Source of the DNA: a virus
Lineage: Duplodnaviria > Caudoviricetes
Direction: 5' to 3' (one strand)
DNA: 52,264 nucleotides
IMG/VR virus record: IMGVR_UViG_3300030419_005497
Span: 1 to 52,264 of that record
In this document: positions 1 to 7,585 of the stretch, piece after piece
How positions within the stretch are numbered: the stretch's first letter is position 1
How the letters are laid out: each line of letters opens with the position of its first letter
The notes under the pieces: model-generated
The model's input: only the letters and a program-made list of their open reading frames with translations
Database searches by the model: none
Told to the model about the DNA's origin: nothing
Position numbers and translations under genes: made by a program

Positions 1-53
1 ATGTCTTGGATGTAGCCGCCCTCAATCCATACCATGAATTTAAGATTCTTCAT

Positions 54-275
54 TTACTCCTCCAACATCTCTTTTAGTTTCTTATCGCCTTGGGTGATGA
101 TCAAATCATCCTCCATTACATCGTTGTAATAATCTTGCATTTGATAAGTAGCCTCAAAGATTTCATCGCAATCCTCAACGCTTCTTTGATCGGCGGTGCA
201 GAGTCCCATCATACAGGAATCTCCGTAAAGCCGAGCGGCTTCCAATACTATCTCCATTGCTTCTTTATTGGTCAT
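54..275 (-). CDS. small hypothetical protein, MxNKEA..IVL family paralog 1
   Basis: 73-aa ORF with GGAGG SD; N-terminus MTNKEAMEIVLEAAR is shared with ORFs 6124-6354 and 14929-15099. Confidence 0.75.
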   Translation of the reverse strand: MTNKEAMEIVLEAARLYGDSCMMGLCTADQRSVEDCDEIFEATYQMQDYYNDVMEDDLIITQGDKKLKEMLEE

Positions 276-404
276 TTAGTCCTCCAATAAATAGTTTTTT
301 GCTGACTCAATTACTTTTTGATAATACTCATTATCTTCTGGCTCGAAACCATCAAGGCAATCTTGAATAGCACACAAACCGTCGATTGATTCTTCTTTGG
401 TCAT
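276..404 (-). CDS. small hypothetical protein (42 aa, not in ORF track)
   Basis: MTKEESIDGLCAIQDCLDGFEPEDNEYYQKVIESAKNYLLED*; fills the gap, ATGA overlap upstream and its TAA abuts the next ATG. Confidence 0.65.
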   Translation of the reverse strand: MTKEESIDGLCAIQDCLDGFEPEDNEYYQKVIESAKNYLLED

Positions 405-595
405 TTCGAGTGGTTCCTCATTGCTCCAAATGGTGTCGATACAAGTGGATACTGTAAGTCTCCCTTGGGGGTGTCTGCCTCCGCTTCCTCAACAGAATCG
501 TAAGGGCCGTTTAAGACGCATAACTCATCCTGAATCCAGAACTTCATTTCGCCTTTATGGGGTTTCTCAATGATTTCGTATAACTTGTTTTTCAT
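401..595 (-). CDS. hypothetical protein
   Basis: ORF 401-637; likely start is ATG 595 (MKNKLY) because the promoter occupies 609-654. Confidence 0.6.
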   Translation of the reverse strand: MKNKLYEIIEKPHKGEMKFWIQDELCVLNGPYDSVEEAEADTPKGDLQYPLVSTPFGAMRNHSK

Positions 596-596
596 A

Positions 597-806
597 TCAA
601 CTATAAAGATCGTATGCTTTTTTAAGTAAGGTGTCAAGATGTTTTTTTTCGTAATTATTATTCCTTAACATACCAGCCAGTTTAGAAAGTTCTATATACA
701 ATTCAGGGTCAAAATCTGCTCTTGCCACAAGTCTCCACTGTTTATCTCCATCTAGCTTTATCCAAGCAAGGCCCGGTTTTGCCCAAAGCATTATAGAGAG
801 GGTCAT
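597..806 (-). CDS. hypothetical protein
   Basis: 69-aa ORF with ATGA overlap to the upstream SprT gene. Confidence 0.55.
   Translation of the reverse strand: MTLSIMLWAKPGLAWIKLDGDKQWRLVARADFDPELYIELSKLAGMLRNNNYEKKHLDTLLKKAYDLYS
609..654 (-). promoter_or_regulatory. early sigma70-type promoter with TTACGAAAAAAAA upstream element
   Basis: TTGACA (637-632), 17 bp, TACGAT (614-609); TTACGAAAAAAAA upstream. Confidence 0.75.
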
Positions 807-1294
807 GCTATCTTAATCTCTCCCTTCATTCCTCTGGCGCACCTGTGAAGATAAGTCGCGCCCTTTTTAATTTTATTGGCGACTTTAGTTCCGACATGGA
901 CAGTTGCCCCACAACCTTTGCAAATCGTTTTGATCTTCTTATGCACCCTAGCTGGGGTGGTTTCGTAAGAGTGACAACGGGAGGTAGGCCCACCGAGAAT
1001 CCGCATCACCTTTTTCCAGAATCCATTATGACCACATCTGCCGTAATGTCGCGTTGCGATGATGTGACCCATTTCATGAGTGACGGTTCTTTTGATAAAA
1101 TCTTTTTTATACTTCAAAAGCAAGTCCTTGTTCAGTCGAACTTTATTCTGGTATGAAAAAGCCTGTCCCGCAGTACGACCACGCAGATCATAAAGAACGG
1201 TTGGCATTGGTTTACGCTCGATGCCGTAATGCTCTGCTTCCACATAAAGGCAGCGTTTGATTTCTTCGGTGACTTGTTCGTATAGCGTTTGCAT
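803..1294 (-). CDS. sprT: SprT-family zinc metalloprotease with C-terminal Zn ribbon
   Basis: LRGRTAGQA, THEMGH (HExxH), HNGFWKKVM, CHSY, CKGC...C motifs. Confidence 0.85.
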   Translation of the reverse strand: MQTLYEQVTEEIKRCLYVEAEHYGIERKPMPTVLYDLRGRTAGQAFSYQNKVRLNKDLLLKYKKDFIKRTVTHEMGHIIATRHYGRCGHNGFWKKVMRILGGPTSRCHSYETTPARVHKKIKTICKGCGATVHVGTKVANKIKKGATYLHRCARGMKGEIKIA

Positions 1295-1300
1295 GGTTTT

Positions 1301-1329
1301 TTTATATCAAAATTAAAGATCGCCGTCAA
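1301..1329 (-). promoter_or_regulatory. sigma70-type promoter giving a probably leaderless sprT mRNA
   Basis: TTGACG (1329-1324), 17 bp, TATAAA (1306-1301); ATG at 1294. Confidence 0.7.
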
Positions 1330-1444
1330 GGTTTTTCTTATGTTTTTCTTTTCTATTATAAGAACCCTTGCCCTTCTTTGTCCTATGCTCACGGGATGCA
1401 CTTCCCATGAAGCCTTCGGGGTTTACTCTCGCTTTTGTTTTCAT
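1313..1444 (-). CDS. arfA: ArfA-like alternative ribosome rescue factor (43 aa, not in ORF track)
   Basis: MKTKARVNPEGFMGSASREHRTKKGKGSYNRKEKHKKNLDGDL*; contains KKGKGSYxRKxKH, the hallmark motif of E. coli ArfA; own promoter directly upstream. Confidence 0.65.
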   Translation of the reverse strand: MKTKARVNPEGFMGSASREHRTKKGKGSYNRKEKHKKNLDGDL

Positions 1445-1450
1445 GTGTTT

Positions 1451-1494
1451 ATTAAACACTAAAAAAGACTTTAGTACAAGGATTATTTTCGTAA
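1451..1494 (-). promoter_or_regulatory. early promoter with TTACGAAAATAAT element (leaderless arfA-like mRNA)
   Basis: TTGTAC (1479-1474), 17 bp, TTTAAT (1456-1451); ATG at 1444. Confidence 0.6.
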
Positions 1495-1506
1495 GTTATT
1501 CACACG

Positions 1507-1542
1507 TTTAGGGTCAATTACATACACTATTCAGGGTCGAAA
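1507..1542 (+). repeat. left copy of ~36-bp imperfect direct repeat with two AGGGTCRA motifs
   Basis: tttagggtcaattacatacactattcagggtcgaaa versus 2782-2818 tttagggtcaatatacacacactatttagggtcgaaa. Confidence 0.85.
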
Positions 1543-1771
1543 TTTTGAAAAAGTCCCTTTGGAAAATTATAACATGATTTTGTTTCGTATGTCAACACTA
1601 TTTTACTAACAAAAAAAGCCCTTGTTGTTAATAAGTTTATATTGACTATTAAATAAAAGTATGATCCGCGATACGAAAAAAAGTTTTCAAATAATGAAAA
1701 AAAAGCTTGGCATGAAAAGAATCTATGATAAGATTGATCTCAGTTAAGGGAATTACAAACCACTAAACATT

Positions 1772-2695
1772 ATGCCAAAAATAATAAATCAAACTACTGA
1801 CTACGACTACGAAGTGACTACCCGTCCTTTGTACGACCTCACCCCTGAGCAAGTCACTTTGCTTCAGGACAATGACGCTGATGCCACTTTTGCTGGTGTC
1901 TACGGCAACTTCCGCGAAGATGTAGATTCTGCCTTGGGCATTGTCACTGAGCGTTACGCCCTAGTTCAAAACTCTGAAGTAGTAGGAAACATCGAGGAAT
2001 CTTTAGATCGCCGTGGACTGTTGGACATGGTTGAAAAGGATTTCAATGTAGTTGACTACGGCAAGCGTTTCTACGCTCGTTACAGCATCAAGAATCCCAA
2101 GTCTGAATTCAACTTCACCCCTGCAAAGGGCGACAATGTTGGAGTCAGTTTCACCTTTCAAAATAGCTTTGATTGCACAAAGCGTTTGAATGTGGCTCTT
2201 GGTTTCTTGCGCTTGGTTTGCACCAACGGCATGACTTCACTCTCTAAACAGTACGAAGTCAATTTCCGCCACCAAAACGGAATCAATGTTGGAGCAATCG
2301 GTGACGGCATCGACGCTGCACTGGACAAGCTCACCGACCAGACAAAGGTATTCCAGCGTCTCGCAAATACCGGAATCGACCATGAGAAGGGTTTGAACAT
2401 CCTTGAAAACCTCACCAAGAAAAAGGTGATCTCTGGCGCGGTACGCGATAACATCGCTGCAATCTGGAACGCGCAAGCTCAAGACGAAACCATTCACGAT
2501 GGTTTGGACAGGGATCGCAACCTGTGGAACCTCTACAACGCCGCGACTCAGCATATCACTCGCGTGATCGAGCCAAAGCGTTTCGAGCAAGCCTCCCGAC
2601 TCAGCGGGTCGATCCTGTCGGCCTTTGATCGGGCGGCGACCACTAAAAAGTTCTTGACTGACATCACCCAAGAGGCTAAAGTCGAGAACAACTAG
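1772..2695 (+). CDS. DUF932/DUF945-family phage protein
   Basis: LGIVTERYALVQN, NSFD...RLVCTNGM and NLWNLYNAAT motifs; only + strand gene in the early region. Confidence 0.85.
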   Translation: MPKIINQTTDYDYEVTTRPLYDLTPEQVTLLQDNDADATFAGVYGNFREDVDSALGIVTERYALVQNSEVVGNIEESLDRRGLLDMVEKDFNVVDYGKRFYARYSIKNPKSEFNFTPAKGDNVGVSFTFQNSFDCTKRLNVALGFLRLVCTNGMTSLSKQYEVNFRHQNGINVGAIGDGIDAALDKLTDQTKVFQRLANTGIDHEKGLNILENLTKKKVISGAVRDNIAAIWNAQAQDETIHDGLDRDRNLWNLYNAATQHITRVIEPKRFEQASRLSGSILSAFDRAATTKKFLTDITQEAKVENN

Positions 2696-2735
2696 GGGGA
2701 GCGATCTCCTAGTTTTTTGTACTGCTCATAACATT

Positions 2736-2769
2736 GGGGAGGGGGTCGAAAGATCCCCTCTTCTTTTTG
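2736..2769 (+). terminator. intrinsic terminator
   Basis: gggagggggtc-GAAA-gatcccctcttc followed by ttttt. Confidence 0.85.
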
Positions 2770-2781
2770 TCTAAAATTTTT

Positions 2782-2874
2782 TTTAGGGTCAATATACACA
2801 CACTATTTAGGGTCGAAAAATACTACGTACACGTACTATTTTTTAGGGTCGAAATTTAGTACGTACACGTACTA
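2782..2874 (+). repeat. right copy of direct repeat extended into a 3-unit TTAGGGTC array with an 18-bp palindrome
   Basis: AGGGTCRA at 2785, 2809, 2845; tacgtacacgtacta twice; tagtacgt-ac-acgtacta palindrome at 2857-2874. Confidence 0.85.
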
Positions 2875-2957
2875 CCTAGAGCCATTTTTTTTAGTATAAA
2901 AACCTTACGCATTTTTTCCCCCTTTATTTGGCCGAATCCTGAAAAGTGGGCGATTTT

Positions 2958-3314
2958 TTAATCTATGTAGTCATCACACTTCCATTCTAGAAGTTCAAGT
3001 ATATCTGAGAAGGTAGGAGTCGATGGTTTAAATTTTTTTGTAATCAAATCCTCAAGCTCACCCTTCTTTATTATTAGTGATGCCATATTACCAAAGCCAG
3101 TTTTATTTGATGCTATTATTTTTCTTTCTCCAAAATCTAATTCATAATACGTTTCACCCATGCACATTGATAACAATCCAGATTTATATTTAAAGTCAAC
3201 AAGGTAATTATCTGAGTGCGCTATCCAGTGTCCTTCATTCACCTGCATAGCAGAGGAGAAAACCATTCCCCCTCGCAACTGAGATCCAAACTCAACGTCC
3301 ACAAATTGCAGCAT
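2958..3314 (-). CDS. hypothetical protein
   Basis: 118-aa ORF overlapping the ruvB stop. Confidence 0.6.
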   Translation of the reverse strand: MLQFVDVEFGSQLRGGMVFSSAMQVNEGHWIAHSDNYLVDFKYKSGLLSMCMGETYYELDFGERKIIASNKTGFGNMASLIIKKGELEDLITKKFKPSTPTFSDILELLEWKCDDYID

Positions 3315-4236
3315 AATCCTTGAGGTACTTCTGACCCGCCTTGGTTAAGCTGCGACCAGTTGGCTTCACTTGCATGAGACTCTTTTTAAGAAGGAAAATC
3401 TCAAGGTTAGTTCTAACGGCAGTTGCCTCCATGTCTAATTTGGAAGCAAGGTGAGTAAGGCTAAATTCAGTCCCACTCCCCAACGCTTGCAGTAACCGAA
3501 TCTCACTTGCGGTAAGGCCAAGGGGCTTTACATTAAGGAAATCACAAAGAGTGTCCCAATCTTTCATGGTCATGCTCTTTTTCTTACGAGCCTTTAGGTA
3601 GCTAAAGATACGATTGGCGTACTGAACCGCTTTGCGAGGCTCGTCACGGAGAACACTCGCGATACTCTCAAGGACTCCTTTCGCGAATTTGATCTTCGGC
3701 AAATTACCCTTGACGATTTTGGCAAGCTGATCGGGAGTGTAATGATCCAAGTCAATCTTCCAAAGGCGACTCATTAAAGCATGGAAAACCTTATGAGGCT
3801 CGGTTGTCGCAAACAAAAACGTGTGGCGAGTAAAATCAATTTGGATGTCAACATCGCCATGAGAATAACTGGTTCGGTTATTCTTATTGTCTGCAAGCAT
3901 AGTCAGAAGGGCAGTCTGAACATCCATCGGAAGCTCATGAGCCTCATCGATAAGGACGCAACACTCCCCGCCCATCACATCTCTGGCAATAACGTCAGCC
4001 ATAAACTGATCGAGGTTACGCCATGAGGAGGCGGTCTTGACCACGAACCTTTTAGTCGTCCGATGTTTCTGCATTGCGACTCCCAGCGCAGTAGCAAAAG
4101 CAGTCTTGCCATGACCGCGAGGCGCAATGAACATCAAATTGGGCAGAAGATTGCTATTCTTCCAATCATCAAACAAGAAGTTTAATGTTTTTCTAGGCCC
4201 ACGTTGACCTATGAACTCGGTGAATATATCTTTCAT
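3292..4236 (-). CDS. ruvB: Holliday junction branch-migration AAA+ ATPase RuvB-like
   Basis: EFIGQ, Walker A APRGHGKT, Walker B LIDEAH, FATT, SRL arginine finger, C-terminal wHTH with E.FL...GR.LT. Confidence 0.9.
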   Translation of the reverse strand: MKDIFTEFIGQRGPRKTLNFLFDDWKNSNLLPNLMFIAPRGHGKTAFATALGVAMQKHRTTKRFVVKTASSWRNLDQFMADVIARDVMGGECCVLIDEAHELPMDVQTALLTMLADNKNNRTSYSHGDVDIQIDFTRHTFLFATTEPHKVFHALMSRLWKIDLDHYTPDQLAKIVKGNLPKIKFAKGVLESIASVLRDEPRKAVQYANRIFSYLKARKKKSMTMKDWDTLCDFLNVKPLGLTASEIRLLQALGSGTEFSLTHLASKLDMEATAVRTNLEIFLLKKSLMQVKPTGRSLTKAGQKYLKDYAAICGR

Positions 4237-4275
4237 AATGTTATTTTGTATAATCTATTTGTATCAAATTTGAAA

Positions 4276-4563
4276 CTACCAGTCAACCTTATTCTTCTTG
4301 GGTAAGCTACTTACAGCTTCTTCGGTTGCCTCATCGTTCTTGGCATCGACGGTGACTTGGTTGTCCACAACGCTACGAGTTTTGTAGTCGGCGTTCATGG
4401 GCGATGTTTCTAGCTTCAAAACTTCAGCGAACTTCCTACTAATAGGAATCATCGCGTCAGAGCATCCCTTGTTGATCTTATTAAAAAGTTCGTCGGGCTT
4501 AACTAGAACAAAGCTGGTCGCTCCTTTGACCTTGCCTCTGTAATTTCCAGTTCTCTTACTCAT
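4276..4563 (-). CDS. hypothetical basic protein
   Basis: 95-aa ORF with own promoter TTGACA (4598-4593), 17 bp, TAACAT (4575-4570). Confidence 0.75.
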   Translation of the reverse strand: MSKRTGNYRGKVKGATSFVLVKPDELFNKINKGCSDAMIPISRKFAEVLKLETSPMNADYKTRSVVDNQVTVDAKNDEATEEAVSSLPKKNKVDW

Positions 4564-4610
4564 GGATGTATGTTAATTTATTTCGTAATTGATGTCAATG
4601 ATTTTTTTTC

Positions 4611-4802
4611 TTAATCATTAAATCTTTCTTCTGCTAATTCGTTAGTTAGTTTAACTACCTCTTTAGATACTCGATCCCACTGGGGGTCATCGTCTTTATG
4701 ATTGACGATGATTTCGTATTTCCATTTAGGTAGTGATTGAACGACATCGTTCCATGCCTTTTCGTATACTATGGCCGCAGGGGCTTGTCCAGTAGCTTTC
4801 AT
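4611..4802 (-). CDS. hypothetical protein
   Basis: 63-aa ORF; promoter TTGACT, 16 bp, TAGGAT at 4838-4811. Confidence 0.65.
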   Translation of the reverse strand: MKATGQAPAAIVYEKAWNDVVQSLPKWKYEIIVNHKDDDPQWDRVSKEVVKLTNELAEERFND

Positions 4803-5028
4803 CTACATAGATCCTAAATCATTTAAATTTAAAGTCAATGTAAAAACATAATTATTTTCGTAAGTTTATTTAACTATAGAAAAGGATAGGTATAAACGCG
4901 AAAGAACCAAAATAATCCAAATTTAAAATGCAGTTATTCTACTATGAAAATAGCTGTCAAGTCAAGATATTTTTACAATAGAAAAACTTTCAGGGTCGAA
5001 AAATTTTCCTTGCATTTCTCTCTGTGTA

Positions 5029-5381
5029 TATTTAGAATAGAAAAATGTTCGGAGTTAAAATGCACATTATTTCGCAGCCCAAAATCTTCGGAGTAATTTT
5101 TTAAAATTATTCAAATTTGGTTTGTCGATCATTTGTGATTGGCTAATTCGTTTGCCGATCATTATGTGCAGTTCTTGATTGGCAACGCATTATTTGGCCG
5201 CTCAAAATCTTCGGAGTATTTCGCGCTCCAGATTCTTCGGAGCTACATTATTTCGAGTGTGAAAATGTTCGGAGTTAATTTAAAATTATTTAAAATAGAT
5301 TCAAACCTAATTAATTTATATTTAAAATGCGGCTTACTTTATATGTATGTGCATTATTTCGAGCTTGTAATTCTTCGGAGT
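5029..5381 (+). repeat. six ~30-bp bipartite direct repeats (iteron-like): CATTATTTCG-N6-AAAATCTTCGGAGT
   Basis: units at 5029-5055, 5065-5094, 5188-5217, 5217-5243, 5246-5275, 5352-5381, all with a 6-nt variable centre. Confidence 0.85.
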
Positions 5382-5782
5382 AAATCTGACCATACAGCAA
5401 GTGTGATAACTAATGAAATATATAATAGAAACAAGAAGGATATATATATAAACTCAAATATATTCCAGATCTTTTTCACTATGTAATCGAATCTAAATAA
5501 ATTAAAATAGGTTTTAGAATCTAATTTGAAATAAATAAAAGTTCGGCACTACCATATTCTAAATAATCCTAATTTAAATGATTAAGGTTAATCTCTTTAT
5601 GTCCCTGTATTACTGTATCTATATGTATATCGAACAATATCAATATATCTGTTCTGCTTGTATGCAATAAGATATGTATAAAAACAAAAATTGTATATTT
5701 TAAAATGCCCAAATTAAGCCTTTCATATATAGAAAAGAAAACAATTAGCCCCGAAATGTCCCTTTCTTATATATACAAAACA
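5382..5782. other. very AT-rich non-coding tract (possible DNA-unwinding element)
   Basis: no credible ORF; long A/T runs and short degenerate repeats next to the iteron-like cluster. Confidence 0.45.
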
Positions 5783-5826
5783 AAAAAGGAGAGGAAGTCT
5801 AAATCACCTTTTTAAACCTCCTCCCC
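5783..5826 (-). terminator. intrinsic terminator closing the structured RNA
   Basis: minus strand ggggaggaggtttaaa/tttagacttcctctcc stem with G-U pairs, followed by a U6 tract. Confidence 0.8.
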
Positions 5827-6092
5827 TCTTGTCTCCACCCTGTTACCCCTTGGTAAAAGTTAAACCCATAGTGTTAAACGTGTGTTGTTCGGAGTTTTCT
5901 TCCGACTCTATTCTATGGGTTTAGTGGGATGCTAATTGGGGGGTCTAGCTATCCCACTTGTATCACTAAAGGAGGATCGCGGTCTACCTTGATGTGATAC
6001 TTTTTACGGTGTTCAATACAGGAATAACATAGTAGTCCCGTGCGCGGCTCTCCCACGCCTCTATTCCGTAAATTTCAAAGATCAAAAAAACC
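5783..6092 (-). ncRNA. putative structured non-coding RNA (unassigned)
   Basis: four abutting helices (6003-6072, 5960-6000, 5923-5958, 5861-5923); G-U pairs favour the minus strand; boxA-like TGATCTTTGAAA at the 5' end; TTGACA at 6127-6122; terminator at the 3' end; no credible ORF. Confidence 0.6.
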
Positions 6093-6123
6093 TACAAATA
6101 TGTAAGATGTAGGTTGTGTAATG

Positions 6124-6354
6124 TCAAGCAATAAGTCTCTGTTTAACCTCGTAACACACCAACGAGTTGGGATCACGATAATTGGGATCACTGGGAGTGT
6201 TTTCTTCCATTACCTCATCGTGATAAAATTCCAACTGGTCTATTGCCTGTATCTCCTCGCTAGTTGCTGGCCCCTCTCTATAATCAAACGGATTCATATT
6301 GAGATTTAGCCTAGCAAGATTTAATACAATGCTTAATGCTTCTTTATTGTCCAT
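6124..6354 (-). CDS. small hypothetical protein, MxNKEA..IVL family paralog 2
   Basis: MDNKEALSIVLNLAR N-terminus; overlaps the rIIB stop. Confidence 0.7.
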   Translation of the reverse strand: MDNKEALSIVLNLARLNLNMNPFDYREGPATSEEIQAIDQLEFYHDEVMEENTPSDPNYRDPNSLVCYEVKQRLIA

Positions 6355-7210
6355 CGCTTAAAAGTCCTTTCACCAAGTCCTCTTTAGCTTGCTTGTAGCC
6401 TTCGTTGTAGCCTTGCTCTTTGCCAGAGTCATAGCCCTCATTGTAGTCGCTATCATCGTCCCAATCTGGATCTTCCTCTCCATCATAGTAATCGTCGGTA
6501 GCTTCAGTTTCGATAATGGTTTTAACCACTCCAACAACCTTATACTTCGCAGTACGCAACTTCTGGCAGTCGCAGTCATGCGGGACGCTAACAACGTCAG
6601 ACGGGTCGATTTGAACCGCCAATAAGTGACCTCCACCGGAGGCGTAACCATTGGCATACTCGTAGCTTCCAGCGTGGAAACCTTCACTACAACCGATGTT
6701 TGCATCGTCGCAGACGGTGTTTCGCGACATTTCGAGGGTTTGGCCGACAGAATTGTCGAATCTACCCGTGTGTCTGTCAGTGAAATTAGAATTCACTCCT
6801 TTATATGCAATAAAATCTCCTTCTGGAGTAATTGGCATATTCTTATGCTCTAAAAAGCGATAAAGCTCGCTTACAGCACGGCGGGAAGGGTTCTGCATCA
6901 GTTTGTCCAGAAAACGGATCAAACGCTTATACATTACCCCTTCAGACATACATCCGAGGATTTTATCGACCAGAACATTGTGAACTGGTTCGCCTTTGTA
7001 TAGAACTACTCCGCTTTCAACGGAAATGTTTCCATCGGTATAATCGACTACTGCTTTGCCTTGATCGAACATCTCTAGCAGACCATCGGTTTCTTCATTT
7101 AGCACTTTTTCCCTAATCTCTTTGAAAAGAGGGTGAGAATCAGTTGCTATATGAGTTTGAGAGTCCCAAAATACTGTGACTTTGGTATCTGTTATATTAT
7201 ATGCGTACAT
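6344..7210 (-). CDS. rIIB: rIIB-like protein
   Basis: L..NPS..AV.ELY.FL...PIT.EG.FIAYKGV, CS.GFH, V.IDP.DVVSVP.D...KLR..KY.V motifs; acidic tail with GYxEG repeats. Confidence 0.9.
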   Translation of the reverse strand: MYAYNITDTKVTVFWDSQTHIATDSHPLFKEIREKVLNEETDGLLEMFDQGKAVVDYTDGNISVESGVVLYKGEPVHNVLVDKILGCMSEGVMYKRLIRFLDKLMQNPSRRAVSELYRFLEHKNMPITPEGDFIAYKGVNSNFTDRHTGRFDNSVGQTLEMSRNTVCDDANIGCSEGFHAGSYEYANGYASGGGHLLAVQIDPSDVVSVPHDCDCQKLRTAKYKVVGVVKTIIETEATDDYYDGEEDPDWDDDSDYNEGYDSGKEQGYNEGYKQAKEDLVKGLLSDGQ

Positions 7211-7281
7211 TTTCTTTTATCCCTTTGTATTACAACCTTTAATAAAGCTCAGAGTAAATTTCCCCTTAATGCCTTAATGCC

Positions 7282-7476
7282 TTAACTGTTTTTAAGATTA
7301 ATGTATTCTACGGTTTCAGTCAAGCACTTTTTTTCGTTATTCTGCCTAAAATAAATTTCGTCGTTCATCTCTCTTATAGTGTCCAAAACTTCAATTCCAT
7401 CTATGTTTTTTTCTACAATCAAAAAATATCCACCAATTTTTTGATAATAAATAAACTTTGCCCCGTTCCCATCCAT
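7282..7476 (-). CDS. hypothetical protein between rIIA and rIIB
   Basis: 64-aa ORF with AAGGAG SD; its 3' end contains the rIIB promoter TTGACT (7323-7318), 17 bp, TAATCT (7300-7295). Confidence 0.6.
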   Translation of the reverse strand: MDGNGAKFIYYQKIGGYFLIVEKNIDGIEVLDTIREMNDEIYFRQNNEKKCLTETVEYINLKNS

Positions 7477-7537
7477 TTTAATCTCCTTTTACATTGGTCT
7501 AATTGTTTGTGTTTTAAAATTGTTTAAATTTAAATTT

Positions 7538-7578
7538 AGGGAGGCTCCCCCGCCAACTCCTTAACCGGAGAGCCTCCC
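7538..7578 (-). terminator. GC-rich hairpin after rIIA (probable terminator)
   Basis: gggaggctc...gagcctccc inverted repeat just downstream of the rIIA stop, followed by an AT-rich stretch. Confidence 0.55.
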
Positions 7579-7585
7579 GTTCACT

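Noticed and set aside
2158-2671. Minus-strand ORFs 2158-2454 and 2237-2671
   Set aside because: Antisense to the well-supported DUF932 gene
5029-5381. CRISPR or TIGR-like guide array
   Set aside because: Units are irregularly spaced, the variable core is only 6 nt, repeats are not palindromic, and no cas or Nop-domain gene is recognisable in the window
5139-5486. 115-aa + strand ORF
   Set aside because: TTG start, runs through the repeat cluster and AT-rich tract, atypical composition; most likely spurious
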